The notes: generated from the letters alone by a model not told the origin. Shown: positions 7,960 through 17,717, counted from the stretch's first letter. The stretch: DNA of 32,000 nt from Opitutales bacterium (GCA_049606355.1 JBMYVL010000006.1:30001-62000), one strand, 5' to 3'. A program made the numbers and translations.

Positions 7960-9441
7960 ATGACTGATCTAAATGCCACTCAGGACAATACGCATGATTT
8001 ATATGCAGTCCGCCTTCAGAAGCTTGAGAATCTTTGTGCCGAAGACCGCAACCCCTTCGCTGCCAATTGTGAGCAGACGCATACGGCGACTCAAGCGGTT
8101 GAAGTGTACGACGAGGAATTGGCGGATGAGGAGCAGGCGCTCGTTAAAGTCGCCGGACGTATCGTCGTGTTTCGGGTGATGGGTAAGGCCAGCTTTATTA
8201 AGCTACAGGATCGGGACGGACAAATTCAGTGCTACGTCACTCGTGACGAGCTGCCTGAAGGGGAGTACAATACTTATTTCAAGAAGCTCGATCTCGGTGA
8301 TATTATCGGTGTGACCGGACGCTTGTTTAAGACCAAGACAGGTGAGATTACCGTGCGCGCTGAAAGTTATACCTTGGTTTCGAAAGCGCTTCGCCCGCTG
8401 CCTGAGAAGTGGTCGGGACTGAAGGATGATGAGAAGATTTATCGGCAGCGTTACTTGGACTTAATTGTTAACCAGGAATCGCGCCAACGCTTTAAGCAGC
8501 GCGCGGCAGTGATTCGTGAGATGCGCCAATTTTTGTGGGCACGCGATTTCCAAGAGGTCGAGACGCCGGTATTGCAAGGTGTTGCCGGCGGAGCTGCGGC
8601 GCGCCCGTTTACCACTCACTTCAATGCGCTCGACTGCCAGTTCTATATGCGCATCGCCTTGGAGCTCTACTTGAAGCGGATGCTGGTTGGCGGTGAGGAG
8701 CGTGTGTTTGAGATTGGGCGTGTGTTCCGCAATGAGGGTCTTTCTCGTCGCCATAATCCGGAGTTCACGATGCTCGAACTGTACCAAGCGTATACGGACT
8801 TTCGTGGGATGATGGAGCTAACGCAAAGTTTGATTCAGCACCTTGCGCAAAGTGTAATCGGTACGCTTGAGATCGCGCGTCCGGATGGCACGGTGATCGA
8901 TCTTTCCGGCCAGTGGCGCGAAGCAAAGTATAAGGATTTGATCCTCGAAGCGACCGGCGACGCCGAGTGGTTCAGTCATGATCGTGCCACCAAACTCGAA
9001 AAGGCGCGTGGGCTCGGCATCGAGGTAGACGGCGAGTTGGAAGACTACGAAATCACCAACAATGTATTTGAAAAGTTGATTGAGCCGACACTGATTCAGC
9101 CAACCTTTGTGACGCATATTCCCAAGGAGCTGTGTCCATTGGCAAAGATCACACAGGATGACGCGACCACGATCGACGTATTTGAGCTGTGCATTAACGG
9201 TCAGGAAATTGCGCCAGCGTACTCGGAGCAGAACGACCCCATCATTCAGCGTAAGATGTTCGTCGATCAAGTGGGTGAAGAAGTGCAGGATATGGATACC
9301 GATTTCCTGAATGCGTTGGAGCACGGGATGCCACCTGCCGGTGGTATGGGGCTCGGCATCGACCGCTTGATCATTCTGCTAACGGGTGCCGAAAGCATTC
9401 GCGATACGATCCTTTTCCCAAGTCTCAAGCCGTTGAGCTGA
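7960..9441 (+). CDS. lysS: lysine--tRNA ligase (class II)
   Basis: 493 aa with an N-terminal OB anticodon-binding domain (VAGRIVVFRVMGKASFIKLQD). Class II motifs are present: FRNEGLSRRHNPEFTMLE and GMPPAGGMGLGIDRLIILL. Confidence 0.95.
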   Translation: MTDLNATQDNTHDLYAVRLQKLENLCAEDRNPFAANCEQTHTATQAVEVYDEELADEEQALVKVAGRIVVFRVMGKASFIKLQDRDGQIQCYVTRDELPEGEYNTYFKKLDLGDIIGVTGRLFKTKTGEITVRAESYTLVSKALRPLPEKWSGLKDDEKIYRQRYLDLIVNQESRQRFKQRAAVIREMRQFLWARDFQEVETPVLQGVAGGAAARPFTTHFNALDCQFYMRIALELYLKRMLVGGEERVFEIGRVFRNEGLSRRHNPEFTMLELYQAYTDFRGMMELTQSLIQHLAQSVIGTLEIARPDGTVIDLSGQWREAKYKDLILEATGDAEWFSHDRATKLEKARGLGIEVDGELEDYEITNNVFEKLIEPTLIQPTFVTHIPKELCPLAKITQDDATTIDVFELCINGQEIAPAYSEQNDPIIQRKMFVDQVGEEVQDMDTDFLNALEHGMPPAGGMGLGIDRLIILLTGAESIRDTILFPSLKPLS

Positions 9442-9585
9442 GGCAGTGAGCCAGTATTTAGAGCTAGGTCCGGCTCAGCAGGCTCAAGCCAACCAGGCAG
9501 TTCCTGAGACTCGGTACGGTCCCATCTGATTTGCCACATGCTCCGATTCGGTCGGTGCCGGCGAACATCTCAGGGTAGGGCAGTG

Positions 9586-10569
9586 TCAGTTTTTTTCTGG
9601 AGGCGTAAGCAGCACTCGGGTTTGTAGGCCGACCAAGTAATCGGAGAACGGCTCCCCTTCGGGAGTGTTGCGCAGCACGCGCTGTACCATGCCCATTTTG
9701 GCGTCGAGGTTGTCGACCATCGAAACAAAGACTGCTTCGGGTGTGGCGGCCATGGCAGCGGCGCCCCATTCTTTTTCGCCCTGATGGCTGAGGATAATGT
9801 GCTCGAGTCGTTCCGTTAGGTCCGCGTTCAGCTTTGCTTGGAGTGCAGCTTTGCGAGCGATGCGGAATCCGATGACCACGTGCCCTTGCAAGGTGCCAAT
9901 GCGGCTGACTTTTGCCGCGAAGTCGCCTTCGTACTCGTCCAATTTACCAATATCGTGCAACAGGATGCCGGCGATAGCGAGGTCTGCATCGACTTCGGGA
10001 TAGAGAGGGAGCAGTGCCCGAGCGGCCCGTACCATATGGACCGTATGTTCGAGCAAGCCGTTACGATAAGCGTGGTGCATGTTCACGGCTGCAGGGCAGA
10101 CGCGAAAGCGAGCACCCATTTCTTCGAAAACGCGTTGCACGGTCTCGTGTAGTTGCGGGTGTTGGATGGCCGCCATGGCGTCTTCTAAGTGCGCCCAGAG
10201 TTCATCTTCGGATTCAGGCGGCGTCTCTACCAACTGGCCGAGCACGCCCTCTGCTTCCGCTTCCTCGCGAGTGATGGGCTCCGCCGCCTGTAAACGGGGT
10301 GAGAAACGATCGTTGTAATACTCTGTCGTGCCAGAAAGACGTATGATGCTGCCTTCCTCGGCTGGATCGAGTGCAGCAAATACTGCCGAGTCCCCAAAAC
10401 AATTGGCATTGAAGCTACCGCCTGCATCACCGACTTGTATGCTCAGGAAAGGGTTTCCGTTGCGCGCCGTTTTAGTTGTTTTCTTTTGCAGGAGGAAGAT
10501 GCCGCGAAAGGGGACGGCCAGATCTTTGTCGAGTTGTTTGAGGGCCTTAACAGTACGGTAATCAGACAT
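9586..10569 (-). CDS. OB-fold plus HD-domain phosphohydrolase, YhaM-like 3'-5' exoribonuclease family
   Basis: 327 aa with an N-terminal OB-fold-like region (NGNPFLSIQVGDAGGSFNANCFG). The HD domain contains LLEHTVHMV and ILLHDIGKLDEY. This architecture matches YhaM/CMP-binding-factor proteins. Confidence 0.7.
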   Translation of the reverse strand: MSDYRTVKALKQLDKDLAVPFRGIFLLQKKTTKTARNGNPFLSIQVGDAGGSFNANCFGDSAVFAALDPAEEGSIIRLSGTTEYYNDRFSPRLQAAEPITREEAEAEGVLGQLVETPPESEDELWAHLEDAMAAIQHPQLHETVQRVFEEMGARFRVCPAAVNMHHAYRNGLLEHTVHMVRAARALLPLYPEVDADLAIAGILLHDIGKLDEYEGDFAAKVSRIGTLQGHVVIGFRIARKAALQAKLNADLTERLEHIILSHQGEKEWGAAAMAATPEAVFVSMVDNLDAKMGMVQRVLRNTPEGEPFSDYLVGLQTRVLLTPPEKN

Positions 10570-10649
10570 GCAGCAGCCTTAGCGGATCCCGCCTGAGCTG
10601 TAAAGGGGGGAAACTGAAAAGCTGGCAGGCGTGAGGGTAGAGCGGCAGG

Positions 10650-10943
10650 TCAGATCGCTTCGTCTTCCGGCATGTCACGGAAGAAAACTCCCACACGGCC
10701 GACGCCACCGACATACTCACTGGAGGTTTTCTGGGGGATGCTGGCACACAGCGATTGCATCGTCTCTCGGTCGGCATCAAAGCGAATTTTAATCAAGCCG
10801 TTCTTGGTGAGGGCCATCTCAATTTCGGCGAGTACGGCATCGCTTAAGCCGTTTTTGCCAATGTGAACGTGAGGTTTGAGACGCTGCGCGATGCCGCGGA
10901 GTTCTTTTTTTTCGGCACTACTGAGTGGCTTGCGTGTATCCAT
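10650..10943 (-). CDS. yhbY: YhbY-like CRM-domain RNA-binding protein (ribosome assembly)
   Basis: 97 aa. LSSAEKKELRGIAQRLKPHVHIGKNGLSDAVLAEIEMALTKNGLIKIRF matches the YhbY/CRS1 fold signature, including the GKNG loop. Confidence 0.8.
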   Translation of the reverse strand: MDTRKPLSSAEKKELRGIAQRLKPHVHIGKNGLSDAVLAEIEMALTKNGLIKIRFDADRETMQSLCASIPQKTSSEYVGGVGRVGVFFRDMPEDEAI

Positions 10944-11058
10944 TCAAGAAGGTTGAGCAGACTTGGCTTGGAACGCACGCAGAAAATCGCAACGCCTTCC
11001 AACACATGCGTCGGCAGTCACTGCCCCGCAGGTCCATGCGCGCCTTTGAATCCTGAGC

Positions 11059-12888
11059 TTAAGCGTCGGGCAGTGTTTTGTTCGCGATGATGTCGAGCAG
11101 CTCAGTGAGAAAGTCTGCCGGTGTTTTGAGACCTTCGAGTGCCTTATTCACCCGCGAGTTGACTTTGACGAGGCCTTGCTCGGCTTCTTGACGACCCAAC
11201 ACCAGGAAGTTCGGAACTTTGTCCACGTGGCATTTGCGGATCTTCGCGCCGAGCTTGTCGGCAATCGCGTCGACCGTGACTCGGATCTTAGCCGCCTTGA
11301 GCAACTTTTCGATTTCTCGCGCCTGTGGCACGAGGTCATCATTCATCGGCAGGATACGCACTTGTTCCGGGGCAAGCCAAGTTGGGAAGTTTCCGGCAAA
11401 GTGTTCGATTAACACGCCGCAGAAGCGTTCCATCGAGCCAAACGGTGCACGGTGCAACATCACCGGGCGGTGCTTCTCATTGTCGGCGCCGATATAGCTG
11501 AGGTCGAATCGTTCGGGCAGGTTGTAGTCCACCTGAACGGTGCCGAGCTGCCATTCGCGACCGATCACATCTTTGACGACGAAGTCAATCTTCGGGCCGT
11601 AGAAGGCAGCCTCGCCGGGCTCTTCGGAAAAATCAACGCCGAGGGTTTGCGCGGCTTCGCGCAAGGCATTTTCTGCGGCATCCCACTTGGCCGGATCTCC
11701 GACATACTTGGTGGCATCCGGATCACGCAGACCGATGCGCACACGATAATTGCTCATCCCTAAAGTAGTGAATACTAATTTGACTAGGTCGAGGCAACCG
11801 GTGATCTCCGCGGCAATCTGTGTTTCGGTGCAGAAGAGGTGGGCGTCGTCCTGAGTGAAGCCGCGCACACGTGTCATGCCATTTAACTCTCCGGATTGTT
11901 CCCAGCGATAGACCGTACCAAATTCAGCGAGGCGTACCGGTAGGTCACGATAAGAGTGTGGCTGGCTGGCAAAAATTTTGATGTGCATCGGGCAGTTCAT
12001 CGGCTTCAGTAGGTAGCCGTCGATCTCGCCTGAATCCAGTTGGTTGGAGAGGTCGGCACAACTGCAGCCCTTCTCTGCCAAGGCTTCCACCGTGCCCGGC
12101 TCAACAATCGGAGGGAATTGCGACTCTTTGTAGTATGGAAAATGTCCGGAAGTACGATAGAGCCCGAGTTTGCCGATGTGCGGCGTAAAGACCTGGTCGT
12201 ATCCACTTTTTTGTAATTCATCGGCGATGAAGTTTTGCAACTCGGTACGAATCACCGCGCCGTTCGGCGTCCAGAGAATCATGCCCGAGCCGACTGCTTC
12301 GTCGATATGGAAGAGCTTGAGCTCCTTGCCGAGCTTGCGGTGATCGCGGGCGCGGGCTTGCTCGAGTTGTTCGAGGTATTCGGCGAGTGCATCTTTGGAG
12401 GCGAAAGCAGTTCCATAGATGCGCTGGAGTTGCTTGTTGTTCTCATCGCCTCGATGGTAAGCGCCGGCAATCGAGAGTAACTTAAACGCTTTGATCTTCT
12501 TCGTGTAGCTGACGTGACTCCCTGCACAGAGGTCCACAAACTCACCGTTTTGGTAAAAGCTAACCTGTTCACCTTCGGGAATATCGTCGAGGCGACCGAG
12601 TTTGTAGCGCTCCTGACCGGAAGCTTTAATTTTTTCAACGGCTTCTTCGCGTGAGCATTCGATGCGGTTGAATTTCTGGTTCTCCTTGATGATTTTTTTC
12701 ATCTCGGCCTCGATTGCTTCGAGGTCGCCGGCATCCAATTGCTTGTCGAGATCAATATCGTAGTAAAACCCGCTATCGGTCGGCGGGCCAATGTCCAGTT
12801 GTGTCTGCGGATAGAGGCGCAGTACGGCCGCAGCCAGCACGTGTGAGCAGGAGTGGCGGATTTCCTCTAATGGGGACATGTCTTTCAT
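11059..12888 (-). CDS. thrS: threonine--tRNA ligase (no N-terminal TGS domain)
   Basis: 609 aa that begins directly in the editing (second additional) domain (EEIRHSCSHVLAAAV). The class II core includes YRWEQSGELNGMTRVRGFTQDDAH and HRAPFGSMERF. The C-terminal anticodon-binding domain is present. An in-frame stop four codons upstream of the ATG excludes a longer N-terminus. Confidence 0.95.
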   Translation of the reverse strand: MKDMSPLEEIRHSCSHVLAAAVLRLYPQTQLDIGPPTDSGFYYDIDLDKQLDAGDLEAIEAEMKKIIKENQKFNRIECSREEAVEKIKASGQERYKLGRLDDIPEGEQVSFYQNGEFVDLCAGSHVSYTKKIKAFKLLSIAGAYHRGDENNKQLQRIYGTAFASKDALAEYLEQLEQARARDHRKLGKELKLFHIDEAVGSGMILWTPNGAVIRTELQNFIADELQKSGYDQVFTPHIGKLGLYRTSGHFPYYKESQFPPIVEPGTVEALAEKGCSCADLSNQLDSGEIDGYLLKPMNCPMHIKIFASQPHSYRDLPVRLAEFGTVYRWEQSGELNGMTRVRGFTQDDAHLFCTETQIAAEITGCLDLVKLVFTTLGMSNYRVRIGLRDPDATKYVGDPAKWDAAENALREAAQTLGVDFSEEPGEAAFYGPKIDFVVKDVIGREWQLGTVQVDYNLPERFDLSYIGADNEKHRPVMLHRAPFGSMERFCGVLIEHFAGNFPTWLAPEQVRILPMNDDLVPQAREIEKLLKAAKIRVTVDAIADKLGAKIRKCHVDKVPNFLVLGRQEAEQGLVKVNSRVNKALEGLKTPADFLTELLDIIANKTLPDA

Positions 12889-12984
12889 CGTAGCAGCAAA
12901 TTAAAGGCTAGGAGTCAGAAGGCTGCGGCGGTCTAGTCAATGCCGGATTCATCGCGCGCGCTTCGGTGGTGGGTATCGCTCGCG

Positions 12985-13857
12985 TCAGCCGGCAAAGGCA
13001 ACCGCAGGTATTCCCCGGACACCCAGTCCATCGATAACAAAAACTTTGCCAGCATCGGGCTCGTCACGCGTTTTATGAATGCCAGTGGTGACAAACAGCC
13101 GATCCAGGTTCGGGCCACCAAAAGTACAGGCGGTTGTTTCGACGCAGGGGAGGTCGATTTGCTGTAGCTTGGCGCCCGTGCTTGGATCAAAGCGAGCCAC
13201 ACAACCGCCATGGCAAAAAGCAACCCACAGCATCCCCTCACTATCGATCGTCATTCCATCGGGTGAGTCGGAAAAGCCCAGGGCCTGCGTATCGACGACA
13301 CTCGTCGCGTTGCCAATGGCACCGGTCTGTAACTCATAATCAAAGCGCTGAATTTTTTTGAGCGGGGTATCAATATAGTACAAGGCGCTGGCGTCGGTCG
13401 CCCAACAGATGCCATTCGAATTGGTCACTTGAGGGACTTTAACGTGGAGCTGCCCGTCGGCGTCGAGCATGTAGAGGGTCGCGCTGCCTGTGGTTTTGGT
13501 GAGGCTGATCGTGCCCGCCCAAAAACGACCTGCAGGATCACACTTACCGTCGTTGAAGCGGTTGCTGTCTCGCAGTGCAGCCTCCGGATCCGCGAGCCGT
13601 GTTTTGCTCTGAGTTTGAGGGTCGAAGCGTAGGATGCCGCTATCCCCCGCATAGAGTAAGTGACCGTCTTGAGTGGGCACAACTGTACCCACGCGTTCAC
13701 CGACATCCCAGATGTGTTCTTTGCCACTGCTCGGATCGAGTTGCACAATGGCATGCCCCTCAATGTCGACATATAGCAAGTGTTGGTCCCACCAGATGGG
13801 GCCTTCGCCCCATTTCGAATGACGGTTGCCGATAGCGCTGTAGTGAATGGATGACAT
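12985..13857 (-). CDS. SMP-30/gluconolactonase/LRE family protein (six-bladed beta-propeller lactonase)
   Basis: 290 aa. Motifs are EGPIWWDQHLLYVDI, RFNDGKCDPAGRFWAGT, NGICW and PDGMTIDSEGMLWVA, as expected for regucalcin/gluconolactonase proteins. Confidence 0.8.
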   Translation of the reverse strand: MSSIHYSAIGNRHSKWGEGPIWWDQHLLYVDIEGHAIVQLDPSSGKEHIWDVGERVGTVVPTQDGHLLYAGDSGILRFDPQTQSKTRLADPEAALRDSNRFNDGKCDPAGRFWAGTISLTKTTGSATLYMLDADGQLHVKVPQVTNSNGICWATDASALYYIDTPLKKIQRFDYELQTGAIGNATSVVDTQALGFSDSPDGMTIDSEGMLWVAFCHGGCVARFDPSTGAKLQQIDLPCVETTACTFGGPNLDRLFVTTGIHKTRDEPDAGKVFVIDGLGVRGIPAVAFAG

Positions 13858-13909
13858 GGACGTAGGCGGATGAGTACTGGTTCGTTAATGCGACGAGTGG
13901 CTGGACCGC

Positions 13910-15346
13910 TTAGGCTGGTTCTAAATCATAACCATCTTTACGATCCTTAACCACCCAACCTTCGGCAAGTAGGGCATCGCGCAATTCGTCAGCTTGGGCC
14001 CATTCGCGCGCTTGTTTGGCCTCCCAGCGCTGTTGCGCAAGTGCAAGCACTGCGTCCGGTGCGTCCACGGTGGGGCTGGCGACCGTAAAGAGGCGCAAGC
14101 CGAGAGCGTAGAGTAAACTACCGAAAGCTTTGAGCATCGCGCGTGCCTCGTCGGCGTGCATCGTAGCAGCTGGATTGGAGCCGATGACTCCGAACATGGC
14201 GCCCAAGCAGGCTGCGATGTTCAGGTTGTTACACAGCGCACCCCAAGCTTTGGAGAAACGGCCGAAGTCACTTGGCGCCGTACTGCACAGATAGCGGTTA
14301 AAGTCTTCTGTTGTTTCGCCACTTTTCTCCAGTAGCGATTCAGCGAAGCGCTCGAGTTTAACCAGGGCACTTTCGGCAGCATGCAAGCCATCAAAGGTGA
14401 AGTTCAGTTGCTGCCGATAGCTGCCGGCAATCAAGGTGTAGCGTACCACCATCGGGCTGAACCCCTTGGCCTGTAGATCGTCGAGCGTGTACAAATTGCC
14501 GAGACTTTTGGACATCTTGGTGCCCTCCACCATGAGGTGCGCACTGTGAAACCAGTGTTTGCAGAAGTCACGTCCGTGTGCGCACTCCGATTGCGCAATT
14601 TCGTTTTCATGGTGCGGGAAACAAAGGTCAATCCCGCCTCCATGTAGGTCAATGGTAGCGCCGCCAAAACTGCTCTCTACCATGGCGGAACATTCCAAGT
14701 GCCAGCCGGGGCGCCCTTGCCCCCAGGGGCTCTCCCAGAAATTTTCGCCATCCTCTGGCTTGCGACCTTTCCACAGCGCGAAGTCGGAAATCGATTCGCG
14801 GTCATACTCATCGGCATCGTTGAGTTCGCCCGCAGAATTTTCGCTCTGACTTTGTAAGACGCGGTCTTTCAGGCGCGAAAGGCAGCCATAATTCTCGAAG
14901 GAGCTGACGCGGAAATAAACGGAACCATCGTCGGTGGCATAAGCGTGTCCACCTTGTACCAGTTTTTCGACCAGCTCGATTTGCTGCGGGATGTGTTCGA
15001 CGGCACTTGGTTCCGCGCTGGGCTTGAGCATATTAAGGGCGTCGCAATCGGCGTGAAATTTATCTGCCCATTGCTGTGTAAATGCTTGGAGTGTTTGGCC
15101 CTCTGCCTGTGATTGGCGGATGGTTTTATCATCCACATCGGTGATGTTGCGCACATGCTGAACCGTAGTGCCGTCGACCTCGAGTACCCGACGCAGGGTG
15201 TCCTGCAGGAGGAAGGTTCTAAAATTGCCGATGTGGGCGGGTCCATAAACCGTGGGACCGCAGCAGTAGAAGCGCAGCGGGTGACCCTCCTCGGCTGTGA
15301 GCGTTTGTAGCGAGCGGCTATGAGTGTCGTAAAGTTGGACGGACAT
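13910..15346 (-). CDS. cysS: cysteine--tRNA ligase
   Basis: 478 aa. The class I HIGH motif is present (GPAHIGNFRTF), as is KMSKS (GTKMSKSLGN). Zn/Cys-site residues are present (FYCCGPTVY, WHLECS). Confidence 0.95.
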   Translation of the reverse strand: MSVQLYDTHSRSLQTLTAEEGHPLRFYCCGPTVYGPAHIGNFRTFLLQDTLRRVLEVDGTTVQHVRNITDVDDKTIRQSQAEGQTLQAFTQQWADKFHADCDALNMLKPSAEPSAVEHIPQQIELVEKLVQGGHAYATDDGSVYFRVSSFENYGCLSRLKDRVLQSQSENSAGELNDADEYDRESISDFALWKGRKPEDGENFWESPWGQGRPGWHLECSAMVESSFGGATIDLHGGGIDLCFPHHENEIAQSECAHGRDFCKHWFHSAHLMVEGTKMSKSLGNLYTLDDLQAKGFSPMVVRYTLIAGSYRQQLNFTFDGLHAAESALVKLERFAESLLEKSGETTEDFNRYLCSTAPSDFGRFSKAWGALCNNLNIAACLGAMFGVIGSNPAATMHADEARAMLKAFGSLLYALGLRLFTVASPTVDAPDAVLALAQQRWEAKQAREWAQADELRDALLAEGWVVKDRKDGYDLEPA

Positions 15347-15456
15347 AGGTGTTTCAATTCAGCGAAGTTCAGAGGCTAGCTAAAGGGGCGAGTGCGCGCA
15401 GGGGAAGCGTGAATTTTACACTTTCACTCTCGGGCGCACTTGTCACTCTGATCGAC

Positions 15457-16470
15457 ATGTCCAATAGCTACCGACTTGATTTGACTCGCCGGCCGCGCCG
15501 TATGCGCCGCACGGCTGCCCTGCGTGGCTTGGTACATGAAACTGAGTTACGCACGGCGCAGTTGATCCAGCCCTTGTTTGTCATCGACGGGGAGGGCGCT
15601 GCCGAAGCGATTGATTCCATGCCAGGCCAACTGCGCTTTACTGTGGAGGGACTCATCGCGGAGTGTCATGAGTTGTCGGCTCTCGGAATTTCTACCGTGG
15701 CCCTGTTCCCAAAGTTGGCAGCGGATCTGAAGACAGCAGATGGGCGGGAGGCATTGAACCCAGACACCTTGATCTTGCGGGCCATCCGTAGCCTAAAGGC
15801 AGCGCTGCCGGAGATGGCGGTAGTTGCCGATCTCGCGCTGGACCCCTATACGACGCATGGTCACGATGGCTTATTGGATCCGCACAGCAATGATTTGGCG
15901 AATGATGCGACGGTTGAGATTTTGGCGGAAATGGCGGTACTGGCTGCGCAAGCCGGCGCGGATCTGGTAGCACCTTCCGATATGATGGACGGGCGCGTCG
16001 GTGCGATTCGTGCAGCACTGGATGATCACGATTTGGAACACACGGCAATCATGGCGTATTCGGCTAAATTTGCTTCGGCTTTTTATGGTCCCTTCCGCGA
16101 TGCGGTCGGTAGTGCGCCCAGTTCGGCTGCGCCGGCCCTCGATAAACGTACCTACCAAGTCAATCCAGCGAATCGTCGCGAGGCGCTGATGGAGTGCGAA
16201 CTCGATGAAGCGGAGGCGGCCGATATTCTCATGGTAAAGCCGGCAGGGCCTTACCTGGATATTCTGCGCGATGTGCGGGAGTCGACGCATTTACCGTTAG
16301 CGGCCTATCAGGTGTCCGGCGAATATGCGCAGATCGTCGCCGCGGCACAACAGGGCTGGCTCGATTTAGAGCGTTGCCGCGATGAATCGCTCTTGGCGAT
16401 TCGCCGCGCGGGAGCAGATATCATCCTGACCTACTTCGCCAAGGCATTTGCCCAAAGCCGCTTAGCTTAA
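15457..16470 (+). CDS. hemB: porphobilinogen synthase (delta-aminolevulinate dehydratase), Asp-rich Mg-type metal site
   Basis: The track ORF starts at 15349, but family-like sequence starts at the ATG at 15457 (MSNSYRLDLTRRPRRMRRTAALR), giving 337 aa. Active-site lysines are in AYSAKFASAFYGPFR and ILMVKPAGPYLD. The metal loop reads DLALDPYTTHGHDG (Asp-rich) rather than the Cys-rich Zn type. Confidence 0.9.
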   Translation: MSNSYRLDLTRRPRRMRRTAALRGLVHETELRTAQLIQPLFVIDGEGAAEAIDSMPGQLRFTVEGLIAECHELSALGISTVALFPKLAADLKTADGREALNPDTLILRAIRSLKAALPEMAVVADLALDPYTTHGHDGLLDPHSNDLANDATVEILAEMAVLAAQAGADLVAPSDMMDGRVGAIRAALDDHDLEHTAIMAYSAKFASAFYGPFRDAVGSAPSSAAPALDKRTYQVNPANRREALMECELDEAEAADILMVKPAGPYLDILRDVRESTHLPLAAYQVSGEYAQIVAAAQQGWLDLERCRDESLLAIRRAGADIILTYFAKAFAQSRLA

Positions 16471-17522
16471 GCGCCTTCTCTGCGTAAGCGGCGTTTTTCT
16501 GCGAACTGACGCTTGCGCGCTAATTCACGCATGTCGACGGCAGGATCGTCGGCTTCAAAGATCTCCTGACCGATGATGTGCTCGATCACATCTTCCATAG
16601 TGATGACTCCGGACATCGAGCCGAATTCATCGACTGCGATCGCAAGTTGCTGATGGTTTTTCAGGAAGGTTTGCAGCGCATCATCTGCCGTCGCATTGTC
16701 GGGCACAAAGGTCACCTCCTGAGCGAGTTTAGCAAGGGTGAGGTGATCTTCATCCTTCGCTTTGGCACCGAGGATATCTCGGCGGCGTATGATACCTACA
16801 ATGTTATCGCTTTGATCGCGGTAGACTGGGATCCGTGCAAATGGAATCGTCCGATCTTTTTCAAAGAGTGAGCCAATGGTTTCGGCCTCGTTGACTGAAT
16901 AAACGACCGTACGCGGGGTCATAATTTCGTGGACGTGAATTTCATCGAGGCGCAGGGCATTGTTAATCAGTTCACGCTCATTGGAAGTTAGGTTTCCTTC
17001 CTTCTCGCTCTTTTCGGCGAGCAACATGATTTCTTCATCGCTGTCCGTTTCCACTGTGGCCGGCTTTAAAATCATACGGACGATGAAGCCGACGACACCA
17101 GCAATGGGGGTCATTATTGCGCAGACCCATGCGAGTGGGAGAACCAGAATCGGTTGCAACTGGGGACGATACAGAACACCGACGTTTTTAGGGATGATCT
17201 CGGAGAAAAATAAAATGGCCGCGGCCATACTGAGCGATACCTTCAATAAGATATTTTCGTCGCTGGGCCATAACTGCACGGCAAGTCCGCCCACCATGGT
17301 GGCACCCAAGGTGTTGGCGATGGTGTTGAGACTTAAAATTGCGGAACTGGTTTCTTCGAGACTCAGTTTATAGGTCTCGAGGCGTTCGCCTTGCCGAACA
17401 TTGCGCTTTTTGAGTGCTTCGATTTCTGCAGTCGTCGTACTCAAAATCATGGCTTCGAGAATCGAACACAGCGCGGATACGCCGATGGTGAAAGCAATAG
17501 CTAGAATAAATGCGAAAATCAT
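16467..17522 (-). CDS. CNNM/CorB-type (DUF21 plus CBS pair) putative Mg2+/Co2+ efflux transporter, without a C-terminal CorC_HlyC domain
   Basis: 351 aa. The N-terminal ~190 aa form multi-pass DUF21-like helices. A CBS pair follows (IMTPRTVVYSV ... IPVYRDQSDNIVGIIRRRDI ... AIAVDEFGSMSGVITMEDVIEHIIG). The protein ends in a short basic tail instead of the ~80-aa CorC_HlyC domain. Confidence 0.8.
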   Translation of the reverse strand: MIFAFILAIAFTIGVSALCSILEAMILSTTTAEIEALKKRNVRQGERLETYKLSLEETSSAILSLNTIANTLGATMVGGLAVQLWPSDENILLKVSLSMAAAILFFSEIIPKNVGVLYRPQLQPILVLPLAWVCAIMTPIAGVVGFIVRMILKPATVETDSDEEIMLLAEKSEKEGNLTSNERELINNALRLDEIHVHEIMTPRTVVYSVNEAETIGSLFEKDRTIPFARIPVYRDQSDNIVGIIRRRDILGAKAKDEDHLTLAKLAQEVTFVPDNATADDALQTFLKNHQQLAIAVDEFGSMSGVITMEDVIEHIIGQEIFEADDPAVDMRELARKRQFAEKRRLRREGA

Positions 17523-17717
17523 GTGGTGAGCAGTCGTCTCTGGATTGTATCAATGGGGCCCTCAATAAACGGAGCCAGCAACAATCCGTACGTACTATCA
17601 TGTAGGGAATTCGAGTGGTTCAAGCCCATACTGAGTGAATTCCCGTCAGGTGTGCTGCAATAGCCTTGACCGTTGGATTATCCGCGAGCTACATAGTCGA
17701 CGTTCTCTTTTATACTT

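Noticed and set aside
9442-9585. A possible tRNA, small RNA or bidirectional terminator in the 144-nt lysS/yhaM convergent spacer.
   Set aside because: There is no T-loop (GGTTCGAATCC-like) or cloverleaf. Only a 6-bp tgagcc/ggctca stem with a 19-nt loop is present, and it has no U-tract, which is too weak to call.
15349-15456. A 36-codon N-terminal extension of hemB starting 2 nt after the divergent cysS start.
   Set aside because: HemB-like sequence begins at M37 (MSNSYRLDLTRRPRR). The extension would use up the entire cysS/hemB promoter region.
17678-17686. TTATCCGCG, a 7/9 match to the DnaA box TTATCCACA.
   Set aside because: It is a single imperfect copy with no cluster of boxes, no AT-rich unwinding element and no dnaA/dnaN context, so it is not an origin.
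17523-17717. Possible glycine riboswitch ahead of the lipoprotein-gcvH pair (contains ctctgga).
   Set aside because: The conserved ACCGAAGGGGCAA-type core and the tandem-aptamer architecture are absent.
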